NCBI RefSeq assembly: GCF_964204645.1
Contig: NC_134035.1
Location: forward strand, 3,410,001 to 3,474,000
DNA: 64,000 nt
Direction of reading: 5' to 3'
Origin: Tubulanus polymorphus
Taxonomy: Eukaryota; Animalia; Nemertea
Both the position numbers and the translations under genes were made by a program. Below, piece after piece: positions 38,501 through 50,500 of this stretch (position 1 is its first letter; the number at the start of each line of letters is the position of its first letter). A model generated the notes under the pieces. It was given only the letters and a program-made list of their open reading frames with translations, was not told the origin of the DNA and ran no database searches.

Positions 38501-41500
38501 TACCTGGAGAGAAGTGATATTGGTATTATCACCCCTAGTCTATATCTGTAACTGTGTATCAGTCATCTCTACCTGGAGAGAAGTGATATTGGTATTATTA
38601 CCCCTAGCCTATATCTGTAACTGTGTATCAGTCATCTCTCCTTGGAGAGAAGTGATATTGATATTATTACCCCTAGTCTATATCTGTAACTGTGTATCAG
38701 TCATCTCTACCTGGAGAGAAGTGATATTGGTATTATTACCCCTAGCCTATATCTGTAACTGTGTATCAGTCATCTCTCCTTGGAGAGAAGTGATATTGAT
38801 ATTATTACCCCTAGCCTATATCTGTAACTGTGTATCAGTCATCTCTACCTGGAGAGAAGTGATATTGGTATTATTACCCCTATTCTATATCTGTAACTGT
38901 GTATCAGTCATCTCTACCTGGAGAGAAGTGATATTGGTATTATTACCCCTAGCCTATATCTGTAACTGTGTATCAGTCATCTCTCCTTGGAGAGAAGTGA
39001 TATTGATATTATTACCCCTAGTCTATATCTGTAACTGTATATCAGTCATCCCTCCCTGGAGAGAAGTGATATTGGTATTATTACCCCTAGCCTATATCTG
39101 TTACTGTGTATCAGTCATCTCTACCTGGAGAGAAGTGATATTGGTATTATTACCCCTAGTCTATATCTGTAACTGTGTATCAGTCATCTCTCCCTGGAAA
39201 TAGTGACATCCAAGGAGCCAGCGCTCAGGCCAGGAGCCCAATAGCGCGTTGGAACCCATGACTTGGCATTCTACGATCTCGAACGAGCGCCGCCGTACTT
39301 GTATACAGCTTTGGTGGAATATAATAGCGAAATCGGCTTTTAGTCCTGGTCGGAAAAAATATCTTTGCGTCGCTCGCTCATTGCTAACGGTAACATCTGT
39401 TTCAATAGATTACATGTATTATATACGTCAATAATATTGAACGTAGAAATGAAAGTCGATACTGGATCGCTAATACAACGTCTTCAAACCATTGCATGAA
39501 ACGATCATAGCGAAAATGCTTCTTATACTTTCTACGATGTGCCTATACGGGTCCGACCTAAGGATTGAAAGCCACATGCCCGGTGGGCAAGCATATCTGA
39601 AATTTCGCTTGCCCCCTCCAAAAGCTACTTGCCCAACACAGGCAGTCCGATTGGTGGCACTATCATCCGTTGTATCGAGTGGGAAAAAAACTTTGTTACA
39701 TAAAATTGCACTCACCCGGAGGCCAAGTGATAATGACAACCTACTTGCCCTGATGAGAATATACTTGTCCCGGGCGATTGGACAAGCGCTTAGATCGGAC
39801 CCTGCTTTGATGTCTTACATGGAATTAATTGTCAAGATCACGATTTTCAATAGATCGCTAGAAACAGTAAAGTCCTCGTACATATCGTAGTTGCACCGGG
39901 CGGAACTTTCGTCTGTAGGTTTGAAGGAATGCTTGCTAGGGCAGAGATGTAGATAGAGCGTGCCTCGTTTAATCAGATAAGGTCGGAGGTCTGGCTGGCG
40001 ATGTTGACGGTTGTTAAGGGACTGAAGGTCGAGGACTGCCTATCGTAGATATTGAAAATAGTTGAGCGCCAGATGCTAATTGCCGCAAAAAGTAGAAGTA
40101 CTCTTTTCGTGAAAGTGATTACAATTCTTTGAAGCCGCTTAGCTCACTTTCAATAACAGTGATAACAACGTGCTTTTCTGTACACAGAGCCCGGGACTGC
40201 TTACCCAGATCTGGCCAGTTCACTACGTAGGTCTGTCTGCTGCATACGGTAGACTTGTCTTCTCCGTTTTCTGCGCCCAGAAGCTTCACGGAGAATTTTA
40301 TGATTCTGACATTGAATTGATTTTCTGCGTTATACGTTTACATGTAGTAGTATAACTACATTGTGCTATACCGTATAGAGGTGAATACTGGACCGACATA
40401 TAAAGCAGTCGTCGAGTATTTTGTTGTCAGAAATGGTTCATATGGTCATGTGAATTAGACCGATTAATTTGAACTCATAACGCTCAGTAGCTTTGTTTTC
40501 AATACATGTATTCATTGTGAGAATGTGTGAATTGTTTTCCACGTTATTGCACGGTTTTTAGAGAGTTTATCAAACCTGAAAATTATTGCATTGTTTTCAA
40601 GCAAAACGCTTTGTTTTCGATTGGATGTTCAATTGAATGATGAGAAGACGACCTAAATCCTATTTGGGATCTGCCATTGAGACTTGATTATGCCCTTGGC
40701 TCATCATAGTAGAGTATAGGCCATACAAGTTATCTCCAGCCTCTTCTGTCTCTGGTTTTGTTTTCTCGTTGTAGTCCAAGTGAGGCCATGTCTCTCAGAC
40801 CTTTCAGTAGATGTCCTCGCCAGCTGTTCTTCAGTTGTCCTCCAGGAGGTTGATTCCAGGTGACGACCTGTGACGACCGATGCTGATGCTTGGTTTTCTG
40901 AGGGTGTAGCTAATTTCAGTTCCAGCCTCCGCTGGTCGCTTCCATTTCAACTGGACTTTGTCCAGTTCTCTCCCAAAGATCCTCGTTTGTGACACTGTCA
41001 GTCCATCTCGGAGTCTTACTAGAATTCTGCGTAGGCAGGTGGTGTCGATAAAGACTTGCAGCTTGTCCATTGCTGCGGTTCCCCGTGTTTCTCATCCATA
41101 CAGCCTTGCTGTCTTGATGTTTGATTTGAAGAGCCATCGGGATTTGTCTCGAGAAAAAGTGTTTACTTCGACGCTTACCGCACGGTCTTACCAGTCTTAC
41201 CACTACGAACCCTGTCGCTATAAATCGCGATATACTTTCTGTAGTTTATCGGTCGGTCCGCGCCGTTCCGTCATAAACGGATAATTGATAAAATCGAACG
41301 AATTAGCTTTAGCTGCTACGCTACGACACAATGCGTCTACGTCGCGGTCGTTAAATTTCTCGCGATCGATCGGGGGGGGGGGGGGGGGGGGGTTAGTTGG
41401 ATATGATTCTGAAATAGGCGAGTTATGAAAGCGATAATGTATGAATTCATCGGAGATGATACGGTTTATTATCGCTCGTAAAGTTTAACGAACCGAAAAG

Positions 41501-44500
41501 CGCCAGCGTCCCTACGACTCCTTGGTTCCTTAAAAACCCCAATCCTTGAAAGAAATCCTAAATAGAAGATGCTTTTGTGCAAGCATCTCCTTCAATTCGA
41601 GCAAACAGGACTGGATGACAGTGAGAGTCCCTACGCCTGCTTCTTGATTCCTTGAAAACCTCTTACAAACAGAAAATGCTTTAAAAGGCGCTTTAAACTC
41701 CTTTGATTTGAGCAAAATGTCAAAAACTCCTTTAAAACCCCTTCAATTTTGAGAAATAGGCAATTAGAGATTTCGTAGGTTGTACGGTAGACTACAACTA
41801 AATCGAAACAGTTGAGACCAGCTTTTTTTGCCCAATTAGGCGGTTAACTAATTAGAAACTGATTTCAGTTCAATAATTGAGTTCAAAAATGTGCTTAAAA
41901 AACCACCAAATTAATGCTTTACCAAGATGAACAGTACCAGAAGTAGTCTGTACAGTAGTTGGATTGAGAGTGATGCAGGCCCTTCCTCTAAAATTTGAGA
42001 TTTTCTCCTTTAAAACTCCACGAGAACTCCTTATACCAAGGAATGACTGATCTGTCGGGGGTTTTATTGAATATAATATATCTCACGACGAGCTGAAAGG
42101 ATTAAGCGCGTATATTGATATATTATACATATATAGTTGTTCTGGTGTATGGATTGCGTCTCTGTCTCTTTCTCGTCTGCTGTAATCTCTTCCTCTCTTC
42201 GTTCTCCCGCGGTATTCGACGACGACGTGTGCGCAGCGGATCGGTTGCTATGGTAACCATATATTTCGATACCGCCGGTCGTCCCTGTTGCGTCAGATCG
42301 CAGCGTCTAATGAAAATACGCTGTTTGCCGAGATGCTCATCTTTTCTTCGTCGTGGTTATACCAGTATTCTTAACAGTTTTGGAAAATCTTTGGAAACTT
42401 TTTTTTTGGAAAACTGGAATTATTACCTCAGCCTGTTGAAAACTATTAAGAATTGATTTTCCCTACATCTATGCAAAAGGTATCGGAAATCAGGAAATGT
42501 TCCCAAAATATTTTCACTTTCTAGATAACGCATTTTTCATAGCCGCTACAATTTGATAAGAAACTTTATGAAAATACTTGATTGATGTCATTGTTAATTG
42601 GCCCTAATTCACTTTGAATGGGCCTACATTGTCTGTTCTAGGTTTGCGACGTGTAACTTATGCTGTGATCACACGGAACCCGGGCCAAATTGGCACCGAT
42701 CAGGCTCGGGCCAAATGTGGCCCGTGCCTGATTAGAGAGCGTGTTCACACCATTCACTTGATACTCAACAATGCTCAAACAAAGCGAAGTGGATCATTTC
42801 TGGTGCCAGTTGCTATTCAAACGCAATCATTTGTCTGGTGCTAAAATTAGGCTCGGGCCTGGGCCGACGCTTTTGGTCGGGGCCAAACAGGCTCGGGCCC
42901 ATTTGGCACCCGTGTGAACAGTTGTTCCGGGCCAAATTTGGCTTTAGAGTATGGAAAATCCGTAAGAACCGGGCTAATAGCGCGTGAGTTGAAACGTCGA
43001 AATCATCTTACAGTTTTTCTTCGATAGCACGTTTGATCCTTCCATGGCGATGTGCGTTTTGGTATGGTAGTTTGATTAGGCGGTTTGTTTGTCTATTCCT
43101 GTAACGACTGGTCGTGACGTCAAGCGATTGAGGAAGAGTTCGTCGGGTTTTAACCGTTTCGTCTTGTTGTCGTCACCAGTGACGTCAAACCGCGTCCCGA
43201 TGATAAAACGACGTTTAATGACGTTGTGTCGTTCGACGATCGTCGACGGTTCGTTTTCTGTCTTCTGAAGAATCGTCGTGTTTGATTCGTTTGATTCGAT
43301 TTCTCCGGCGACGTCGCGAGTCGCGAGATTAGTTTCGTTCTTTTTTTCGGCTGAGTTTTAATTTGTGGAGGCGGCTATGTAACGATGTTATTAGGGTTGT
43401 TTCAGTTGCAGCATTGCGTGATTTGATCGTAAATCAGAATTAATCCGATGTTCAATTAATACTGAAATGCACACAGTATATAGTATACAGTATACATGTG
43501 CATTTTTGTACACAGTATACATGTGTATATAGTACACAGTATACATGTGCATTTTTTATGGTCATGATGTACACGGAATTGTCAACCATTCCTGATTATC
43601 TGTGTTTTGTTACGATTGCATTCTGAATAATACTGATGTGATTTGTTTGATGTGTATACAGAAATGTGCAAGATGTTACTGGAGGACATAACTTTGATTA
43701 CTGATAATTTCAACATTTTCTTCCGTAGGAAATATTACTGTAAGAAATTCAGTTTGTTACCGATAGCAGTTTTCAGAGGTTGGCAGCCACGTGTACATGT
43801 ACATGTTAGCGTAGTGAATCAGCCGGTGAAAAACAACGCATCTGATTGGCTTGATACGTAGACTGGTGGCCGATGAGCGGCAACCTGTCCGCCCAAAATA
43901 TCTCGGGCGGTGTAAGATCGATGGGGGGTCTAGTAAAGCCTCAGGTCGCACTAAGATCCGATCCAATTGCCTACGGTTCGGTCTTAAAAACACTGACGTC
44001 ACATCTCGAGGTCGTGTCGCAGATTTGGCTAAGATCTAAGTGACACTTGGGTCACCTGAGAGCCACGATCAATTTAGAACAGAACGCTTATGTTGTAAAT
44101 ACACTCGGGTTATATAAGATCCATTCAGATCTCGACGATCTTAAGTACACTCATACGTCCCGCCTGAACAATCGGCGACTGGTTGCTGATTCCTTCCTCT
44201 TATGCAAGCTGTTTTAGGCATTAGGTTTTTTAGAGTCCCCGATTAGACGTAGTCGGATCTACACTCCCCTCCTGGTCTTGCCGATCTAATCGATGTAATT
44301 GAATTTTCGAGCGCAATCTAAACGCCTGATAATGCCGAGTACACTTGAAATTGGCAGTTACGAGTATTTTTGCGACGGCTACCGAACTACGCAATATACT
44401 TAATACCCCGTAAAGGTTAACGAGGGTGGCTACTTGATTTTGACATTTCGTGCATTTTTCGAGCGTGCGCCCCGTCATCGAACATGTACGGATTTTTATA

Positions 44501-47500
44501 CATTCATCTCTATTCTGTGAGGACTACGATGTTAATCGTGAAGTATTTTATGGAAGGATGTAATGGCGTATCCGGCCTTGTCGTGCCGACGATTAATTTA
44601 GCTAAGCTTTTAGCCACCGGAGATTCTAATGAAGCGTTGTAGATTTTTTTGAAGATTACGGTCTAGATATGCTAGAACCCTTCGAAAAAATGCAGGACCT
44701 ATTTGCACGCTCGTGTCTTAAGCGCAAAAGTGGTCTTGATATTGTTGTTAGATTGGTTACAGCACCAAAATGAGCTTAGACTGGTTTAAATGAAGTTGTT
44801 GGATTTGCTATAGAACCAAAATGAAGTTGTGGGATTGGTTACAGAACCGAAATGAATTTGAATGGTTTGAATAAAGTAGTAAGGTTGGCTATAGAACAGA
44901 ACTCAAAGCTTAGACTCATCTACAGTTGTTAGATCATTTATAAAACTTAGGTGGTCGTAGACGGGTCTTAAATCTGAGCCATGACTATCAATTTCCTGAC
45001 GCAGTCAGAAACCAGTAGTTTTCTATGATGTTAATGCGCAGTAGTTCATTGTTCGTATTGCTTTACGACCCGGAGCGACAATCAGCTGCGATCGTTTTTC
45101 GCTTTACTTATTTAATCGGCGTCTCTCGTACTATTAGTGTTTTCAATGTTTTAATCATTATTTTTTCTATGTTATCAAGCGTCTGTGTTTTGTAATGTTT
45201 GAACGTGCAGCAGCTGTATACTTAACTGTATGTACATGCTCGTCACTCGTAGAAATGAACTCCTAGGATGCGATGTCTCCCCTCTCCCCTTCTCTCCCTC
45301 TCCCTGTCTTCTCTCCCCTTCCCTCTTCCTCCTTCCCTATCCCTCTCTCCTCCCTTTCTCTCCCCTCTCCCCCCTCTCAATAAAAAATCAATAAGAACAG
45401 GGCGGCATCGACTGTTGTCACTATTGATCCTCTCCCCTTCTCTCCCTCTCCCTCTCTTCCCTTTCTCTGCCCTCTCCCCTTCCCTCTTCTTCCTTCCCTA
45501 TCCCTCTCTCCTCCCTTTCTCTCCCCTCTCCCCCCTCTCAGTATAAAATCGATTAGAACAGGGGGGCATCGACTGTTGTCACTATTGATCGATGTAAGAC
45601 TATAATGAAATCAATTGTTCTATTGTGAATTGATTGATAAATCCGCCACACTCAATGATGTGATTATTTTAATGCGGCGAATCATTTTTCATCTTAAGCA
45701 TTTCCGATTCGATTGATTTCATTCTGATTCTGATTCCACATTTGACTTCAAAGTCATTACAGTCACTGCATGAAGCCATGTTTTTAGCGAATTATTAGAG
45801 TGTTAGAAAGTCGTCACTCGGTCACAGTTTATACCGATGTAACACGTTTATTCTTCAGACCGAGTTCATTGTGGTAGGATACTTGATCGGCGCAGTGAAA
45901 TTTTAAGTATCCCGGTAGGAGGCTACTATAGGCTTTCTCTGATATCTCGATTAGATGGATTGTTTCCTATGTTTGCTTCATTAGAAACTCAAATCGAAGG
46001 CAAATCGTGGGGATATGGAACATTGATACTGACTAGACGATTTCGTATTCCGAGAAGATTCTCTCTGTTTCTAGAATCTACTAAATCGAGTCTTACGGAC
46101 TGCGGCTAACGCGAATCATTTGGTACCAGGTGGTTTTTCGAGGTCTCGAGTTAGATGATGGAAATCTAATCGCCGCCCAATTACGACGGCGAAGATTCAT
46201 GTCCGAACGATTCCAGTTAAGCTACAAGTCTTATACCGACGTTAGTTTAACGCGCAGGCCTCGGCCGAGGAGTTGCCGCGATTCCCTGAATCCGGTAATT
46301 AAACGACCGTGTTGATTCCCCTCCTCGGCTGTACGCCGTGTGTATGGTAGTGTGTCGGTACTGGTTGTCATGGTGACACGGTTCATCCCGCGGTATTGTC
46401 GTCTTTTATATCGATCTCTCTCTCGGCTGAAACGAACTTCTTCCGCGGCGCTCCGTAGCTGAAACTACAGCAGCGCGAGTATAGGCTGTGCGCGCGCCGG
46501 TATCTGACGCTTTTATTGATTTGCATCATCATCATCGTCAGCGGTGGTGTTGACTGTATTATAGATCACCGTGTTGCCGTTCTCGCACGACACCAGCTCG
46601 CGATCGTTAGCGCTTAATTATTAATTATCGTAATTAACTCCGACGCATCGGAAACAATTATTTATAGTGTGTACATGTAGGTGTGACGAAATATCCATCC
46701 ATCAAAAATGTATCACGTTTTTTTTTTTTTCGATAAAGTCGGCCACTTTTTCGACGAGGGTTTTTTTTACCGCGTGAAATGAACTGAATTCGTCGGAAAA
46801 TTTCGGGATATATCGGCGGGGTATCGTCGATATGTCGGCGAAATATGTTAGACAGGCTGGCGGCTTAGCCTGCCTGGATATTCGGGGAAATGTCGGGGAA
46901 TTTTTCTTTTCGTTAAAAAAGTCATGAGAATAGTCGGGGAATTTTCTAAATGATCTAAAAGTCTGATAGATTGCGCATGTCCGTCTATGTCTTACGTATT
47001 TGACTGTGTTAATCGATTGGATTCTTAGCAGATCGAATCAGGAAAAACAACTTATATATCAGGCAATAGTCAGGGAAATAGTCAGAGAGAAAGCAAGTCT
47101 TATAAGTGGCATGCCTAGAAATGCGAGTTTTGTACATATAACGGGTGCAGAGCGGAGGGATGATTGCCCTGCCGTGCCCTGCCCTGCCCTGCTGTGCCAT
47201 GCCGGTGCGGTTTAGAAAATAGAAAAGGTGTTTGACTCGGTGGGTTCAAGTCCCATGTTATTCTGTCAGGACATATATGGCAATGTCCAATAAACCCCCT
47301 TCCCCACCCCACCCCCAACTCACTGATCTAACAGCTGAAGTAATTATGTTGACTGAAGAGGTTTCGACAGTATCCAACTTAATTCTGTAGTCAATCTTTC
47401 CACATAAGACCAGTCTTAAGATTTAAGACTACTTTTGGACTGCAACTGACCCCATGATCCAGATCCACCTGTTGACTCCGTAGTTCGAGCCAGGGATCCA

Positions 47501-50500
47501 TTTTTTTGCGAAATGATATAAACGAACGACGCTAACTTGTTTTTTCTCTTTCTGACACCAGGTGGTGCTACAATCGCGCGATTACAACGCGTTGACGATG
47601 AGCGTGATGGCGTTCGTGTCGATGCTTTACCCACTCGAGTACATGTTTCCTGTGATACCTCTTTTACCTACGTGTATGTCGTCGGCTGAACAGGTACGTA
47701 TGCAGCCCAAAACACTTTCATTCAACGTCTTCAGTATCTCCTGATCAGTCACTTTAAAAATACTGAATTCCTGAAGATGACTATTAGAATATAGTCAAAA
47801 CATTAAATAGACTACTAGCTCAAGTAAAACAGTAATCCCGAAGATGAATATCAGAATAAAGGCGAAACGTTGAATAAACTACTAGCTCAAAGAATACAGA
47901 ATTCCTGAAGATGACTATTAGAATATAGTCAAAACGTTGAATAAACTACTAGCTCAACAAATTCAGTATTCCTGAACATGACTATTAGAATATAGTCAAA
48001 ACGTTGAATAAACTACTAGCTCAACAAATTCAGTATTCCTGAAGATGACTATTAGAATATAGTCAAAACGTTGAATAAACTACTAGCTCAACAAATTCAG
48101 TATTCCTGAAGATGACTATTAGAATATAGTCGAAATGTTGAATAAACTACACTAGCTCAAGGAATACAGTATTCCTGAGGAGATGACTATTAGAATATAA
48201 TTGAAACCTTGATTAATATTATACTATATTTCTCATCGTGCAATTCCATATTATGGATACAAAAAAGTTGCTCAAAAGTTGGTTAGAGTTAACCAGTGGA
48301 TAGTTGACATAGTGACAATTGAAATTGCATTGTTACTATCGTATCTATCCTACGGTTATCTTTAACCAACTTTCCAGCACCTGCAGCGCCTTCTGTGTTT
48401 CATCTTGGGTTATTTTTATGTGATTGTGTATTTGTAGTTGCTGTTGGCGCCGACTCCCTTCATTATCGGTGTACCGGCGTCGTTCTTCATGTATAAAAAT
48501 GGCTTCCGAATACCAGATGACGTCTGGTTAGTCGATCTAGACTCTAATAAGGTAAACGAAGAAGAAGATCGTTCAGGGTCCCCCAGCGACTCCTTGAATG
48601 CCTTTGAAGGTGCTCGAAACTCCTTTAGTTTGAACAAAATGCCTGAAACTCCTTTCAAACTCTTTCATTTTGAGAAATAGGCAATTTGAAATATTCGTAG
48701 TTGTACAGTAGACTACGCCTAAATCGGTACAGTTGGGACCAGAATTCTTTTACCTAATTTTAATTAGGTGGTTACTGAATCAGAAACTGAGTTGAGGTAG
48801 TGTAAAGGATAAAAATTTGTTTACAAAACCACTGAATTAATGGTTTACCGAGATAAACAGTACCGATTTAGGAGGAGTCTACAGTAATGCGGATGTAAAA
48901 GTGATGTAGACACTACTATTATCATCATCACTATTATTATCAACATTATTATTACGATTATCATCATTTTATCATTTTGCTATTTCAAGGAGCTGTACAT
49001 AATGATACTTGTGACATTAATCTAAATGCTAATAATGTCTAATAAGTAGGGCCTTAGAAATGTACATCATGTTTGTATGTGATATTATTATTCATGAAGT
49101 TTCTGCTTTTCTGCGTCAGTAAATGAATTATCATTAAAGTCAGAAATGATTTCTATTTTATTTTCGATTAAATTACTATCTACGATGTCAAAACCTGATG
49201 AAAACTACTACAAAAGTATCTATCTACAAAGCCAGATATATACTGAGTGTATATTACTCAACTCATCCATCATCGGTTTGTTTGTGTTGTAGATATCAGT
49301 GCCTTCTGGAACCGAAGATCTGCCTCAGCTGCCCGAACCCGAGGGCACCATTCTCAAGAATCACCTGAAGCAAGCCCTGGCGAGCATGAGCATGAGCCCG
49401 CAGCCGATTAAAAACCTGGACGCGGTCGCGCACAACCCCGACACGTGGAAACGTCGCGATAGTTTCTCGTCGGCGACGACCGGCTTCAATCCGTTGATTT
49501 ACGGTAACGACGTCGATTCGGTCGACGTGGCGACGCGTGTAGCGATGGTAAGTACATGTAACCCTTCTGCTTACCCTCCGGGGCGCTCAGTCCCGGATCC
49601 GGTCCCACATTTGCGAGCTATAGTTAGCTCGGGGTAGTGGTTTCAATACAGGGCCTCTATGACTCCATGATTCCTTAAAAACTCTACTCTAAACAAGAAA
49701 TGCTTTGAAAGCTGCTTGAAACTCCTTTAATCTGAGCAAAATTCCCGTAACTCATAAAGATCATAAGGTGATAACGAAAAAATTATTTCAGTATTCGTGA
49801 AGATGATTATTAGAATATAGTCGAAATGTCGAATGAATGGCGATAGTGTTTTATCAATGGTTATTGAGAGGGGTTTCCACTGAGTTCACTGGTACCGAGA
49901 TTGGAGCAATTAGCTTCATAGAGTAATCTATCATATCTAACAAATTTATAATTCATCTTTCAGTGTGTGAATGAAAATTTCTGAATTGTGAATTGTTATC
50001 GCGTCTTATTCGTTTCTCCAGGTGCGGTTCTTCAATTCCGCGAACATACTCGGTAATTTCTGCGAACACACGCGTACGTTGCGTTTGTACCCGCGGCCGG
50101 TCGTCGCGTTCCAGTTCTACAGTTTCATGAAGTCGCGACCGACGAAAACGCATTTCACGGCCAGACTCGCTCGCACGCAGGTTCGTATTATCGTCGTGAC
50201 CTTTCGATATTTTGTGAAGAAAAGGGGGGGGAATGTCATATTGATAGAATAATTTTTGACTTGTCGTAGTCCTTGTAACGTAGTAAATAGTCTCAACTAT
50301 TTACAAACTGTACATGTATCTAGATAGAAATATAAATAGGTTGGAGATTTTTTGGTACGACGGTAATTGGGTGGGGTGTTTCGAGTTGATTTGTCAATTC
50401 TTTGGTCCATAATAACCTTGGGAAAGTTTAGATTGCGAATGATTACAAGGAGCTATTTAGTTTATTAAAAAAAGCTTCATCAGGTGAATTACTGAATTAC

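Noticed and set aside
38238-39203. 321-aa ORF, and similar ORFs at 52266-53204, 13221-13490 and 13704-14042
   Set aside because: These are translations of the 69-bp satellite. They are intronic, occur in both orientations, and some units contain stops.
41372-41392. Poly-G run (another at 37238-37249)
   Set aside because: Simple homopolymer of unreliable length with no supporting context.
45268-45546. 92-aa Leu/Pro/Ser ORF
   Set aside because: Translation of a CT-rich low-complexity duplication.
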